From Candidatus Nomurabacteria bacterium (GTDB taxonomy: Bacteria; Patescibacteriota; WWE3; UBA101185; UBA10185): 64,000 nucleotides of DNA. The notes under the pieces are model-generated. The model worked only from the letters and a program-made list of their open reading frames with translations. It searched no databases and had not been told where the DNA came from. The translations under genes were made by a program, and so were the position numbers. The DNA is taken from positions 39,601-103,600 of the forward strand of contig JACKGU010000001.1 in the NCBI GenBank assembly GCA_020631855.1. The letters are read 5' to 3'. The stretch's first letter is position 1; every line of letters starts with the position of its first letter. This document shows positions 1 to 9,717 of this stretch, piece by piece.

Positions 1-4
1 TTAT

Positions 5-259
5 TTACAAAGTTGCCACTGAAAGAATGAGAAGTGCCGCTGTTCCAAGAAAGTTTATGTATCCGGCAATTGTAAAAAGCAGGGCAGCCTCCGTTTTGAA
101 ACTCTTGTTCATTAAGCTTATTTGTCTTGTTATTAAGAAGGCAATAAGTAAATAAACAAATTCTAAAAATAATACTAACATTTGTAGAAGATTAACAAAA
201 CCTTCAGGTGTAAAAAAGCTACTTATGATATTCGCAGTTGAGGCGCTGTCAATGAACAT
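5..259 (-). CDS. hypothetical small membrane protein (84 aa, about 2 TM)
   Basis: ORF track; hydrophobic segments; overlaps the next ORF by 11 nt, so probably an operon. Confidence 0.3.
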   Translation of the reverse strand: MFIDSASTANIISSFFTPEGFVNLLQMLVLFLEFVYLLIAFLITRQISLMNKSFKTEAALLFTIAGYINFLGTAALLILSVATL

Positions 260-821
260 CTTTAGCCTCCTTTTTTTCAGTAACCAAGTCTGATATAAGG
301 TCTCTAACCTTTGCGGGATCTGCTACGTCTATGAACTCAAATTCTCTTCGTTCTGCTGCGGTTTGAATATACACTGAGCCTATGTTAAATACAGTACGCA
401 AAGCACCTGAAACATTTGAGGTGGTATCTTCGACGCTTGTTAAAGGTGCTTCTGAGATATTTTTATGTAAAATGCCAACGAAATCCATATCTACCATCCT
501 CTTATTGCTTATTAAGTAGATATTGAAGAACCAGTTGACAAAGCTTGTTAGTGCAAAACCAAATGTAAAAAGAAACCAGAAAATATTTAGTACTAAAATA
601 AACTGCACAGGTATTAATCCGGCGTTTTTTGAGTTCAATGATATTAGCACGCTGTTTGCCAAGAACGGGACCGTAAGCATTATTATTGTCGCGGTAATCC
701 AGCCTGCGTTAGTTAAAAAGCTTTTTCTAAACAAGTATAGTATGTGTTCGTCTCGATCTTCTCCCTCGAAACCCATGTTTTTTGGTTTTTCTAAGAACGA
801 GCAATATAAAGTTTTTAGCAT
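249..821 (-). CDS. hypothetical membrane protein (190 aa; N-terminal TM helices plus a soluble C-terminal domain)
   Basis: ORF track; hydrophobic N-terminal half; no family motif recognised. Confidence 0.35.
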   Translation of the reverse strand: MLKTLYCSFLEKPKNMGFEGEDRDEHILYLFRKSFLTNAGWITATIIMLTVPFLANSVLISLNSKNAGLIPVQFILVLNIFWFLFTFGFALTSFVNWFFNIYLISNKRMVDMDFVGILHKNISEAPLTSVEDTTSNVSGALRTVFNIGSVYIQTAAERREFEFIDVADPAKVRDLISDLVTEKKEAKDVH

Positions 822-965
822 GGGTACATTATAACATCATTCAAAGAGGTGGTGGTCTTTTTCATGAATCAAATTTATTACCCCCAAAAGACTTTATCAA
901 TAATAGTGTTTATTTGTTATAATTTAGCAATCCCACCCGTTTAGTTGAACAGTAAATAAACAAGC

Positions 966-1898
966 ATGCATAGTAATAGATCAGATCCCTCAAGCCCAGA
1001 ACAGGGGTTCTCAGGAGGCCGAAAACGTTTAATAGAAGTAGGCCCTGGTCTGGACCTAGTATTGGTTAAGCCCGAAAAGGCAGGGGCAAGGTATGCCGCA
1101 GATCTAAGCGCTGAATTCTGGCTAATAGACGACATTCATTCCAGGTGGAGTAGCGGCCTGCATAATTTGGCAGTACCCCCTGTCCCATGGATCTCACCCA
1201 TTGCAAGATACGGAGTCCCAAAACCACCAAATAAATATGCTGAGGGACTTGCTTTTCTTGAAAGATGCGTTCCTATTCCGCCGAGCCTTGCTGTGCGCGA
1301 AGTAATAACTCTCGTAGCAGAATTGTTAAAAGGCCTTGCTGCTGTTTATGCTGTTTGCGGGGTAATAAACACGGATATAAAACCGGGTAACGTTATGTTA
1401 GGTGCTACGGGGCCTAGAAGTAGATTACCGAAGCGCCTTGTGGTAGTAGACTGGGGTCTGGGGACAGTATTGAGGCGCGATTCCGGGGTTGGAGGGATGG
1501 GGGCGGACAAGTTTGTACCACTTTCTCCTGGGCTTGGGGTGGGGGTTAACGCTTTCATAGCCCCTCCAGAACTATTAAAGTATAGTGCAGGTGGAGAAAG
1601 GTCTTTGGAAGCCTGCCCCATTTTAACCTACCAAATGGCAGCTTTGTTGCTCTGTTTAATTGTTCCGCATGCAACTATAAAAGAAGCTCTTGATAATAAA
1701 CATGGTCACAGTGCAGTTGATGCTCGGGGGCAGGAGCGCTTTTTTATTGGTCAGGATACTGTGAGGGTTCTTGGCGATGGCTTTCCGCTACCTTTCAAAG
1801 ATCTCTTGGTGCAGGCCTTGGGCCCCGATCCTGCTAATAGGCTTTCTAGTGAGTTATTCGGCAAGGCTCTTTTGGGCTTTGTTGGAAAGGTAACATAA
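966..1898 (+). CDS. divergent eukaryotic-like protein-kinase domain protein
   Basis: Catalytic-loop-like INTDIKPGNVML (HRDLKPxN with the D, K and N kept), VVVDWGLG (DFG-like), APPELL (APE-like), and VLVK as a candidate beta3 lysine. GC content is visibly higher (about 48-50%) than the flanks. Confidence 0.5.
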   Translation: MHSNRSDPSSPEQGFSGGRKRLIEVGPGLDLVLVKPEKAGARYAADLSAEFWLIDDIHSRWSSGLHNLAVPPVPWISPIARYGVPKPPNKYAEGLAFLERCVPIPPSLAVREVITLVAELLKGLAAVYAVCGVINTDIKPGNVMLGATGPRSRLPKRLVVVDWGLGTVLRRDSGVGGMGADKFVPLSPGLGVGVNAFIAPPELLKYSAGGERSLEACPILTYQMAALLLCLIVPHATIKEALDNKHGHSAVDARGQERFFIGQDTVRVLGDGFPLPFKDLLVQALGPDPANRLSSELFGKALLGFVGKVT

Positions 1899-1942
1899 GC
1901 ACAAAGCAGTAGCAAATAGGGCTCTTGCTTAGGAGCATCTAG

Positions 1943-2794
1943 CTACAAGTTTAAACACCCCTTCAGATATTGAAAGCCGCCTATTATCCCGGCATCGTCT
2001 AAAAGCTCTGCTTGTTTGATGTCGGGCATTGAAAAAGGTTGCATTTCGGCTAAATATTCTTGAAGAGGTTTGTGAAAGTGCTTGAACATTTTAGAAACCC
2101 CGCCCCCAAGTATTATTGCTTCAGGTGCCCAAAAACACAGAATGTTGTAGAGGCCTATGCTTAGATGACGGGCATAGCTACTCCAGATTTTTGGGTCGGC
2201 GCATTTTTCTGGAGAAATGCCAAAGCTTTGTTTAAAGGCCGTGCCCGAAGCATAGGCCGCAAAGCAGCCTTTTTCGGTACAGTAAATCAGGGAATTTCCG
2301 TTTGGGTTTATGATATGCTGGCCGGGCTCGAAATACAGTTGAGAATTGTCTATTTTTTTGTGTGCAATTCTTGCTCCTCCAACGCTAGTGCTTAGTGTTA
2401 TGTAGGCAATTGTTTCGTAGGCTTTGCCTGCTCCCGCGTAGGCTTCGCCTAAACCTGCTAATGCAGCATCATTCATGGCGAATATTTTTTTCTGGTCAGC
2501 AACAAACCTTTCGTCTATAAGGTCGTCGAAATGCCTTCCCGACAGCGGGGGGAAATTCATGATTTTGCCGAATTTTCTTTTTTTAAGATCCAGCGTTCCG
2601 GGTACACCAATTGCAACACCTTCAACCTTTTTGTTTATAGATTTTACGAATTGCTCGATCGTGTCGTTTATCTGATATTTTTGACGTAAAAAATTATCCT
2701 CTGTTTTGAACTTGTGCACCTCTTTTATATCAGTTAGGTTTAAGGAGGTTGCTATTCTAGTATTTGTGCCGCCAAGATCGATAGAAATATACAT
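1943..2794 (-). CDS. ROK-family glucokinase / sugar kinase
   Basis: N-terminal ISIDLGGTNTRIA phosphate-1 motif and the ROK architecture. Confidence 0.75.
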   Translation of the reverse strand: MYISIDLGGTNTRIATSLNLTDIKEVHKFKTEDNFLRQKYQINDTIEQFVKSINKKVEGVAIGVPGTLDLKKRKFGKIMNFPPLSGRHFDDLIDERFVADQKKIFAMNDAALAGLGEAYAGAGKAYETIAYITLSTSVGGARIAHKKIDNSQLYFEPGQHIINPNGNSLIYCTEKGCFAAYASGTAFKQSFGISPEKCADPKIWSSYARHLSIGLYNILCFWAPEAIILGGGVSKMFKHFHKPLQEYLAEMQPFSMPDIKQAELLDDAGIIGGFQYLKGCLNL

Positions 2795-2800
2795 ATATAA

Positions 2801-3724
2801 TTATTCTAACTTATTATTTTCTTGAAAAACAGGGTGCTGGCCAAACTCTCCACGCATGGCTGAAATTAATTTACCTTGATAGCTAGGATTAGATTGGCTC
2901 TTTTCTCTTACTTTAATTGCTTCCTGCAAAGCCGGGGTCGATAGACCCATGTCTTTGGCTGTTTCGGCTGTCCATTTACCTTCTCCTGAATGTGAGGCGG
3001 AGCCGGTTATTGCGTCGAGATTTTCGCCGTATTTTCTGAAAGCCTCGTCCAGCCAATCCATAAGCCTAGATGAAATTACCGAGCCGTTTTTATAAGCCAA
3101 CATTACCTCACGCAGTTGTAAGGTATAAGGTGCGTGTTTAAGTACATCAAAGCCTTCAGCTATGGCCTGCATCATGCCATACTCAATGCCGTTATGTACC
3201 ATTTTAACAAAATGCCCAGCTCCGGAGTTTCCTAAATATACGTACCCATCTCTTACACTTAGGTCTTTGAATAGCCTTTCGAGTTTTTTTACAACCTTTG
3301 CGTCGCCACCAACCATAATTGAGGTTCCGTTTCTAGCTCCGGAGGGGCCGCCGCTTACCCCTGCGTCAATATAAGCAATGCCGCGTTCTTTTAGATTCTC
3401 GTATCTTTTTACAGTGTTTTTATAAAAAGAATTACCGCCATCTATCACAACATCTTTTTTAGAAAGAAGGGGTGCCAGCTCGTTCAGGACCTCGTCTACG
3501 GCAGTATAGGGAACCATTAACCAAATGGTTCTAGGGGGCTTAAGTCTGCCTACCATTTCGGTAATCGAAAGCGAGGGCAGGGCCCCGGCCTCGGTGGCTT
3601 TTAGAGTTTTATCCGAGGTTTTATTGTAGACTACAACTTCGTATTTTTTCTCAAGTAGTCTAAGCACCATGTTATAGCCCATTCTACCCAGACCTATATA
3701 TCCTATACGTGTCTTTCTAAACAT
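2801..3724 (-). CDS. gnd: 6-phosphogluconate dehydrogenase (decarboxylating), short roughly 300-aa form
   Basis: IGYIGLGRMGYNMVLRL Rossmann motif and a GVSGGPSGARNG 6PGDH-like signature; sits beside tal. Confidence 0.7.
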   Translation of the reverse strand: MFRKTRIGYIGLGRMGYNMVLRLLEKKYEVVVYNKTSDKTLKATEAGALPSLSITEMVGRLKPPRTIWLMVPYTAVDEVLNELAPLLSKKDVVIDGGNSFYKNTVKRYENLKERGIAYIDAGVSGGPSGARNGTSIMVGGDAKVVKKLERLFKDLSVRDGYVYLGNSGAGHFVKMVHNGIEYGMMQAIAEGFDVLKHAPYTLQLREVMLAYKNGSVISSRLMDWLDEAFRKYGENLDAITGSASHSGEGKWTAETAKDMGLSTPALQEAIKVREKSQSNPSYQGKLISAMRGEFGQHPVFQENNKLE

Positions 3725-3725
3725 G

Positions 3726-4385
3726 TTATACGGGCAGTGAGAGCCCAGATCCTTTCCAATCCGTTAAAAATTTATCGAGGCCTTTTTTTGTTAAAGGGTG
3801 CGCACTTAGTCCTATAAGTATGTTGTATGGAACGGTGCATATATCGGCCCCTATAAGGGCTGCGGTTTCTATATCTTCTGCCTGCCGTATGCTTGCTGCT
3901 AATATTTTTGTTTTTATGTTGTAGTTAGAGTAAGCCTGTTTAATTTTCTTCAGTAGCTCAAAACCGGAGTTTCTTTCTATTTCATTTAATCGTCCGAGAA
4001 AAGGAGAAACGAATAAGACCCCGGCGTTTGCCGCCAGAAGAGCTTGATTTAAGGTAAAACAGAGGGTCATGTTTACGGCTATATTGTGAGAGCTTAGCTT
4101 TTTTGCTGCCATAAAACCTTCTGATACGCAAGGAATTTTTACTACTACGTGCTTGTTAAGTCTTGAGAGTGCTGTTCCTTCAGCAACCATGCCTTCATAG
4201 GTAGTTGCTACTGTCTCTATGCTTACTGGTCCGTGTATTAGTCTAAGTATTTTTTCAATATCTTTAGGGTAGTCTTGCGATGATTTAGCCGCAAGAGAAG
4301 GGTTTGTTGTAACTCCGGAAATTAGCCCTAATCTATAAGCATTTTCTATTTCTATAGGGTCGGCAGAATCAATAAATAGTTGCAT
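3726..4385 (-). CDS. tal: transaldolase (short / FSA-type)
   Basis: GVTTNPSL motif, 219 aa, TIM-barrel transaldolase family. Confidence 0.8.
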   Translation of the reverse strand: MQLFIDSADPIEIENAYRLGLISGVTTNPSLAAKSSQDYPKDIEKILRLIHGPVSIETVATTYEGMVAEGTALSRLNKHVVVKIPCVSEGFMAAKKLSSHNIAVNMTLCFTLNQALLAANAGVLFVSPFLGRLNEIERNSGFELLKKIKQAYSNYNIKTKILAASIRQAEDIETAALIGADICTVPYNILIGLSAHPLTKKGLDKFLTDWKGSGLSLPV

Positions 4386-4499
4386 ATACTAACTATACAA
4401 TAAGAGACTTCCAAGATGAACCCATATGAGTTGTATTGAATGGCTTGTTTCGTGGGTTCAGATTGACAACCAGGCCACAATTATTTAAACTTTATTTAT

Positions 4500-5252
4500 A
4501 TGAATAAGAAATTTACTGCTCCCCTCATAGTTTCTAGTTTATTTGTTTTATCACTCTTGGCTCTATCTCCGGCACTTTCTGTTTCAGCTCAATTGGTGAG
4601 TTACAATTCCTCAAATGAAAAAGATGACAGCATGTATGGCGGAGAGAGAAAAGAAAAATCTTATGAAGGCTATCTAGGTGAGGTAGGCGGCAAAGACAAC
4701 GAGATGAATGAAGACGCTATTAAAGACAGGATACAGCAGGAAAGAGAGGACAAAATGATGCTGGGTGAAGAAGATAGAGACTCAAAGCAGGAGAACAGAG
4801 AAGAAAAACTTTCCAGTATGTGCGAGGAAGCAACTGCGCGAGTTGATAGAAAACTTAAAGCTTTCGACGAAAATCCAACAGCACACATGATGAAGTATAA
4901 AAATATGAAAGAGCGTCTTGATAAGATGGCCTCTGTTATAGAGTCTTACGGTATAGACGTTACTGAGCTTAGAGTTATGATAAAAACTTGGGACGGCATG
5001 GTTCTCCAATACAGCAATGCTTACGTTGATGGAATGGAAGCTCTTCGTATGACCAAAAAATATGAGTGTGGGAATTCAGACGGCATGTTCAGAGAATATT
5101 TGACCAAGGCACAGGAGCAGTTTAGAGTCGCTCGAGAAGAGAGAGCAAGAATAAGGGCTTATTATGCCGATGAACTCAGGCCTTTGCTTCTTAAACTTAG
5201 GGCTCAGATAACTAAGGAAATAAGACAATCAAGTTCAATGGAGGAAGAATAA
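4500..5252 (+). CDS. hypothetical secreted, highly charged (E/K/R-rich) coiled-coil protein
   Basis: N-terminal signal-peptide-like segment (LIVSSLFVLSLLALSPALSVSA); no family motif. Confidence 0.4.
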   Translation: MNKKFTAPLIVSSLFVLSLLALSPALSVSAQLVSYNSSNEKDDSMYGGERKEKSYEGYLGEVGGKDNEMNEDAIKDRIQQEREDKMMLGEEDRDSKQENREEKLSSMCEEATARVDRKLKAFDENPTAHMMKYKNMKERLDKMASVIESYGIDVTELRVMIKTWDGMVLQYSNAYVDGMEALRMTKKYECGNSDGMFREYLTKAQEQFRVAREERARIRAYYADELRPLLLKLRAQITKEIRQSSSMEEE

Positions 5253-5254
5253 GC

Positions 5255-5563
5255 ATGAATTTAGACAAAAAAGGTAACGCATTGATAATATTATTAGCTG
5301 CGGTAGCAGTACTTGCAGTAGCTGTTTTGGGCTTTGTTATAATGAAACGCACCGATGTTGACGATGGGTCCTCAATGGTTGTAGTCGAAGATAAAGCTGA
5401 TGTCATGGTAGAGGATACTAAACCACTAGCCCCTCTTCCGCAGGAAGAAGAAGGAACTCCTGAGGGGGTTAAAAACGAAGATCTTGAAGGTCTAGATTCT
5501 TTAATGAAAGAGATTGACGCGGATCAAAATGCTGACGACGCGCTACAAGACCTTAAGCTTTAA
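5255..5563 (+). CDS. small membrane-anchored acidic protein (102 aa)
   Basis: One N-terminal TM helix and an acidic tail; 3-nt gap from the upstream ORF. Confidence 0.35.
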   Translation: MNLDKKGNALIILLAAVAVLAVAVLGFVIMKRTDVDDGSSMVVVEDKADVMVEDTKPLAPLPQEEEGTPEGVKNEDLEGLDSLMKEIDADQNADDALQDLKL

Positions 5564-5594
5564 TTGACTTGAGGATTTTTATTTGGTAAAAGTA

Positions 5595-5628
5595 GAGGCG
5601 AAGGCCGAGGCCTTCGCCTCTTTCGGTT
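5595..5628 (+). terminator. intrinsic terminator after the 5255..5563 gene
   Basis: Hairpin GAGGCGAAGGC-cgag-GCCTTCGCCTC followed by TTTCGGTT. Confidence 0.6.
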
Positions 5629-5895
5629 CCCTTAGTATAGTGCGAGCTGAAAGTTAGAAACAACATAAAAAGCGTTATAAGTTTGGATTAATGTCACCAA
5701 ACAAGCTGTGGAAAGAAATCATTTAGTAGTAGGCACTGGCCTTTGCAAGACGAAAATAGAATCCGCCGGGCACGCCCGTTATAGCTGTAGCAAGTATTAT
5801 AAGGCTGGTACCTTCCTTTATGGAGCCTCTGGAGAAATCCGGAGGTTTTTTTGTTTGTGAAAGGCAGGTAAGTATATAATTAGAAAACACGAAAT
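5629..5895 (+). promoter_or_regulatory. putative T-box riboswitch leader (probably Val-specific) upstream of valS
   Basis: T-box-like AAGGCUGGUACC (5801-5812): helix A1 AGG(5802-04)/CCU(5826-28), a 7-nt bulge UGGUACC whose UGGU is complementary to a tRNA 3' ACCA with discriminator A as in tRNA-Val, and helix A2 UUCC/GGAG. The A1 helix shares CCUCU (5826-5830) with the terminator hairpin CCTCTGGA-GAAA-TCCGGAGG (5826-5845), which is followed by T7 (5846-5852) 44 nt before the valS start. A hairpin TTTGG-attaatGTCA-CCAAA near 5693-5712 displays GUC+A. Confidence 0.5.
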
Positions 5896-8175
5896 ATGGA
5901 AAAAAAATATAATCACAAAGATGTAGAAGCAAAAATTTATCGGATGTGGGAGGAAAAAGAACTTTTTAAGGCAAAAGTTGATCCTAAAAAGAAACCTTAC
6001 TGCATAATTTTACCTCCGCCCAACGCAAGTGGAGAAATGCATACCGGTAACGTTCTGATGATAGCGATAGAGGATTTGCTAATTCGTTGGAAAAGGCTTA
6101 TGGGCTACGAAGTGCTTTGGTTGCCGGGAACCGATCACGCAGGATTTGAGACTCAAACTACTTACGAGCGTAAGTTGGCAAAACAGGGCAAATCCAGGCT
6201 GGATTTTGACAGGCAGACTCTCTACAACAATATTTGGGACTTTGTACACGAAAACAAATCTCTTATTGAGAATCAAATCAGGCAAATGGGGGCGAGTGTT
6301 GACTGGAGTCGATATACCTTTACTTTAGATCCGTTCTCGTTAAAGTTGGTTTGTGACACTTTTGAAAAGATGCACGCTGATGGCCTCATATATCGGGGAG
6401 ACTATGTTGTTAACTACTCTTTTAAGTGGGGGACTACTTTTTCGGACGCGGAAACCAGTTATAAAGAAGTGTCCGACCCACTGTACTATATAAGATATAG
6501 GCTATCTGATAATTCGCCTTCTCCAAAAGGTGAGCAGGAAATCGTGATTGCTACTGTAAGACCCGAAACAATCTTTATTGACACCCATATAGCCGTTAAT
6601 CCCAAGGATGAAAATCACAGCCATTTAATCGGCTGTAAGGCTTTAAACCCTATAACCGGACATGAAATGGAAATTATTGAGGGTTCTTTTGTTGATCCCG
6701 CTTTTGGTACGGGTATTGTTAAGCTTACTCCCGCACACGATAAAGATGATTTTCAGGTCGCGCTGGCTCAAGATCTGCCAATTATTAATATCATCGATCT
6801 TCAGGGATTAATAACCCAGGGGCCGCAAAAAGGAATGACTATTAAAAAGGCACGAAAGTCGGCCGTAGAGCAGCTTAAAGACTTAGAAAGAATCGAAAAA
6901 ATCGACGAGTCGTATAAACATATGGTTCCTGTAGATTATCGAAGTGGAGATTATATAGAGAATCTGGTTTTACCCAACTGGTTTGTAAAGGTTGATGGGC
7001 TGCGAAATGCAGCTTTAGAGTCGATTAAAAATGGTGAAATGAAGATTTATCCAAAATGGCGCCAGCTCACTTATGTGCGCTGGTTAGAAAATATGCACGA
7101 TTGGGCAATATCCAGGCAGGTTGTGTGGGGCATAAGAGTGCCTGTATGGTACGACAGTTCCAAAAACCCCAATATTTCAGTAACTTTTTTGGATTCAGGC
7201 GGGCAGGCTGTGTCGGGGACTTTGAGTGAAATTCTAGGGTCATACACTTTGAAGGAAGTATTGTCGGGTTTACAAACCCTAAGGGCCCCAAAGAACTCTG
7301 AGTATGTAATTTCCCAAGAGAGTCCGGGTGAGAACTATGTTCCGGAAACCGATACGTTTGATACCTGGTTTAGTAGTGGTCAGTGGCCGTTAATAACCTT
7401 AAAATACCCTGATTCCGAGGATTTCAAATATTTTTACCCCACAAGTGTCCTTGAGACAGGCTGGGAAATTGTGACGCGCTGGATTTCTAGAATGGTAATG
7501 TTTGGTATATATTTAACCGGCAAACCGCCTTTTGCTGATGTGTATTTACATGGACATGTTCGTGCTATAGATGGTAGAAAAATGAGCAAAAGCTTAGGCA
7601 ACCATATAATACCAAGCGACTACATTGAACAATACGGAGCGGATGCTTTGAGAATGGGTTTAATTTTAGGTACCGCTATGGGGCGTGATTTTAATTTTCC
7701 TCAAGATAAAATACTAGCCTTTAGAAACTTTGCAAATAAAATTTGGAATATGGCAAGATTCATGGGAGTGCTCGAGGACAACTATAATCAGGAAGAAGGT
7801 AAAGAACTAACCATTTACTCAATAGACGAACTTAAATCGCTTTTACAGCCTAAAGACATAGAGATACTTGTTGGGTTCGATGCTATGTTGAAGTATGTAG
7901 ACTCCAGTCTCAAGAAGTATAGATTTGCGGATGCGGCCAACTCTATTTATCAGTTTATGTGGAAAGATCTCGCTTCGGACTATTTGGAAGACGCTAAAGG
8001 AAGGCTTGACAAAGATGTGGCGTTAAGTGTTTTGCGAAGCGTTTATTTAGAGTGCCTGAAAGTCTTACACCCTTTTATGCCTTTTGTAACAGAAGAAATC
8101 TGGCAAAATCTTACTGCTGAGAAAGAGAGGCCTTTAGCCGTTCAGTCTTGGCCAAAACCTTATAAAATGTCCTAA
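5896..8175 (+). CDS. valS: valine--tRNA ligase (short form without the C-terminal coiled coil)
   Basis: LPPPNASGEMHTGN (ValRS PPPN-type HIGH region, here HTGN), GTDHAGFETQ and KMSKS (RKMSKSLGN). Confidence 0.85.
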   Translation: MEKKYNHKDVEAKIYRMWEEKELFKAKVDPKKKPYCIILPPPNASGEMHTGNVLMIAIEDLLIRWKRLMGYEVLWLPGTDHAGFETQTTYERKLAKQGKSRLDFDRQTLYNNIWDFVHENKSLIENQIRQMGASVDWSRYTFTLDPFSLKLVCDTFEKMHADGLIYRGDYVVNYSFKWGTTFSDAETSYKEVSDPLYYIRYRLSDNSPSPKGEQEIVIATVRPETIFIDTHIAVNPKDENHSHLIGCKALNPITGHEMEIIEGSFVDPAFGTGIVKLTPAHDKDDFQVALAQDLPIINIIDLQGLITQGPQKGMTIKKARKSAVEQLKDLERIEKIDESYKHMVPVDYRSGDYIENLVLPNWFVKVDGLRNAALESIKNGEMKIYPKWRQLTYVRWLENMHDWAISRQVVWGIRVPVWYDSSKNPNISVTFLDSGGQAVSGTLSEILGSYTLKEVLSGLQTLRAPKNSEYVISQESPGENYVPETDTFDTWFSSGQWPLITLKYPDSEDFKYFYPTSVLETGWEIVTRWISRMVMFGIYLTGKPPFADVYLHGHVRAIDGRKMSKSLGNHIIPSDYIEQYGADALRMGLILGTAMGRDFNFPQDKILAFRNFANKIWNMARFMGVLEDNYNQEEGKELTIYSIDELKSLLQPKDIEILVGFDAMLKYVDSSLKKYRFADAANSIYQFMWKDLASDYLEDAKGRLDKDVALSVLRSVYLECLKVLHPFMPFVTEEIWQNLTAEKERPLAVQSWPKPYKMS

Positions 8176-8185
8176 ATTTTTTTGA

Positions 8186-9028
8186 TTAGGTTTTTATGTT
8201 TGTGGAAGATTTGAAGTTGTAATTTGTAATTTTGTCGCCGAACAGGTCGCTTAGAGTGTAAGAGTTGTTTTTGGTGTACTTGCCGTTGTGAGTTCTTACT
8301 ATCGACAGTGTTAGGCCTGGAGTCCCTAAATATCGACAAATATCTTGCGCTAGAGACCTGACATATAGGCCTTTTGTCATTTCTACCTGGAATTCTGCGA
8401 TTGCGGTTTTCTTTAGGCCGTCTCTTATAGAAAAAAATTTTTGCCAGTTTTGTATTATTTTTTCTTGTCTAAAATCGCCCGAAACGTTTGAGATCCTTGC
8501 TTCTATGTTTTGTTGCAGCGCTTCAATATTTTTAAGCTCGGTTCTAATGTGTTTTAAGGCGAGGATCTCTCCCGATCTTTTAGGCAGAGTGGTAGGTTGT
8601 GTTCGAAGTTTTGCGTGTTGATGCAGGGGCCTGCCTTTATGCTTAATTGCGCTGTATATTGGCACTTCTTGTATATATTTTCCTATAAAACTCTCAAGCG
8701 TGGTGCTGCCAAAGGCAGGCCCCTCCTCACAAACCTCCGCACTCTGAGAATCAAAAAGCCCTAACGCGTCCCCGGTATCTGTTTCTATGCCGAAAAGTAT
8801 TTGAAACGTGTATTTTTTTGTCCACTTGGCATGCTCGTATTTTTTTAGCCTCTCTTTGTCGGCTAGTACAATAATCACCCCTTCTGCCATTGGATCCAGG
8901 GTTCCGGTATGAGATGTTTTAACTCCAAGCATGTCAGAGACGTGCTTAGCTATTATATGGGTTGAGTTGCCTTGGGGCTGCCAAATAGGATATATGTTAC
9001 TTGTTGCTGGCATTTTTGCCTGATTCAT
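8186..9028 (-). CDS. truB: tRNA pseudouridine(55) synthase
   Basis: GTLDPMAEGV catalytic-Asp motif of the TruB family. Confidence 0.85.
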   Translation of the reverse strand: MNQAKMPATSNIYPIWQPQGNSTHIIAKHVSDMLGVKTSHTGTLDPMAEGVIIVLADKERLKKYEHAKWTKKYTFQILFGIETDTGDALGLFDSQSAEVCEEGPAFGSTTLESFIGKYIQEVPIYSAIKHKGRPLHQHAKLRTQPTTLPKRSGEILALKHIRTELKNIEALQQNIEARISNVSGDFRQEKIIQNWQKFFSIRDGLKKTAIAEFQVEMTKGLYVRSLAQDICRYLGTPGLTLSIVRTHNGKYTKNNSYTLSDLFGDKITNYNFKSSTNIKT

Positions 9029-9051
9029 GTGCTTAATCTATAATCTTTTTA

Positions 9052-9717
9052 GTGAAAGTTGTCAAAGGAAATAAAATAGAAGAATTTACCGTCGAACAAT
9101 CCCTGACTTACATAGAAGGTTTTTCGCGTGTGCATTTGGATATTGGAGCCGGGGATGGAAGGTATGTTTATAAAGAGGCTATGTTATCGGTAGCCGAAGA
9201 AAAAAAGAGCAACACTTTGTTTATTGCTCTTGAGCCTGTTTCAAAACAGCTTGAGGAGTATTCGAAAAAATCCAAAAAAGCCAAGCTAAGCAACTGCCTT
9301 TTTGTTGTAGGTTCTTTAGATAACATTCCGGTAGAACTCGAACACAGGATTAACTCAATATCTATACTATTCCCGTGGGGAAGCCTTCTTCAAAATGTGG
9401 TTTTTCCAGAGGAATTGTTGATTCCTGTTATTTCAAATGTTGCCCGAAATGGTCGATTGTTCCTTACGATTGTTTTTGGGTATGCCCCTGAGGCCGAACC
9501 TTCAGAAATGCGTCGTTTAGGCCTTGAAGATATCAGTTTAAACTCTTTATACGAAAAAATTATTCCGAGATATATTAAAAACGGTTTTAAGGTTGAATGT
9601 GTAAGGCAGAACTCTAGAGAAGATCTAAAGAAATACGAGTCTACATGGAGTAAAAGACTGGCTTTTGGCCAAAGTCGTCCTGTTTTTACACTTGATCTTT
9701 TGTTACAATTACCATAA
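9052..9717 (+). CDS. class I SAM-dependent methyltransferase, possibly a Kam/NpmA-family 16S rRNA (A1408-N1) methyltransferase
   Basis: HLDIGAGDGRY motif I; ISILFPWGSLL and WSKRLAFGQSRPVF resemble what I recall of the Kam/NpmA family (about 220 aa); GTG start; stop overlaps the next gene (ATAATG). Confidence 0.45.
   Translation: MKVVKGNKIEEFTVEQSLTYIEGFSRVHLDIGAGDGRYVYKEAMLSVAEEKKSNTLFIALEPVSKQLEEYSKKSKKAKLSNCLFVVGSLDNIPVELEHRINSISILFPWGSLLQNVVFPEELLIPVISNVARNGRLFLTIVFGYAPEAEPSEMRRLGLEDISLNSLYEKIIPRYIKNGFKVECVRQNSREDLKKYESTWSKRLAFGQSRPVFTLDLLLQLP

Noticed and set aside
523-834. A 103-aa plus-strand ORF overlapping the 249..821 minus-strand gene
   Set aside because: It is antisense to a longer membrane-protein ORF, shows low-complexity translation and has no start context.
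5723-5932. A 69-aa minus-strand ORF in the valS leader
   Set aside because: A leader RNA with terminator and antiterminator structures explains the region better; the ORF also runs into the valS start.
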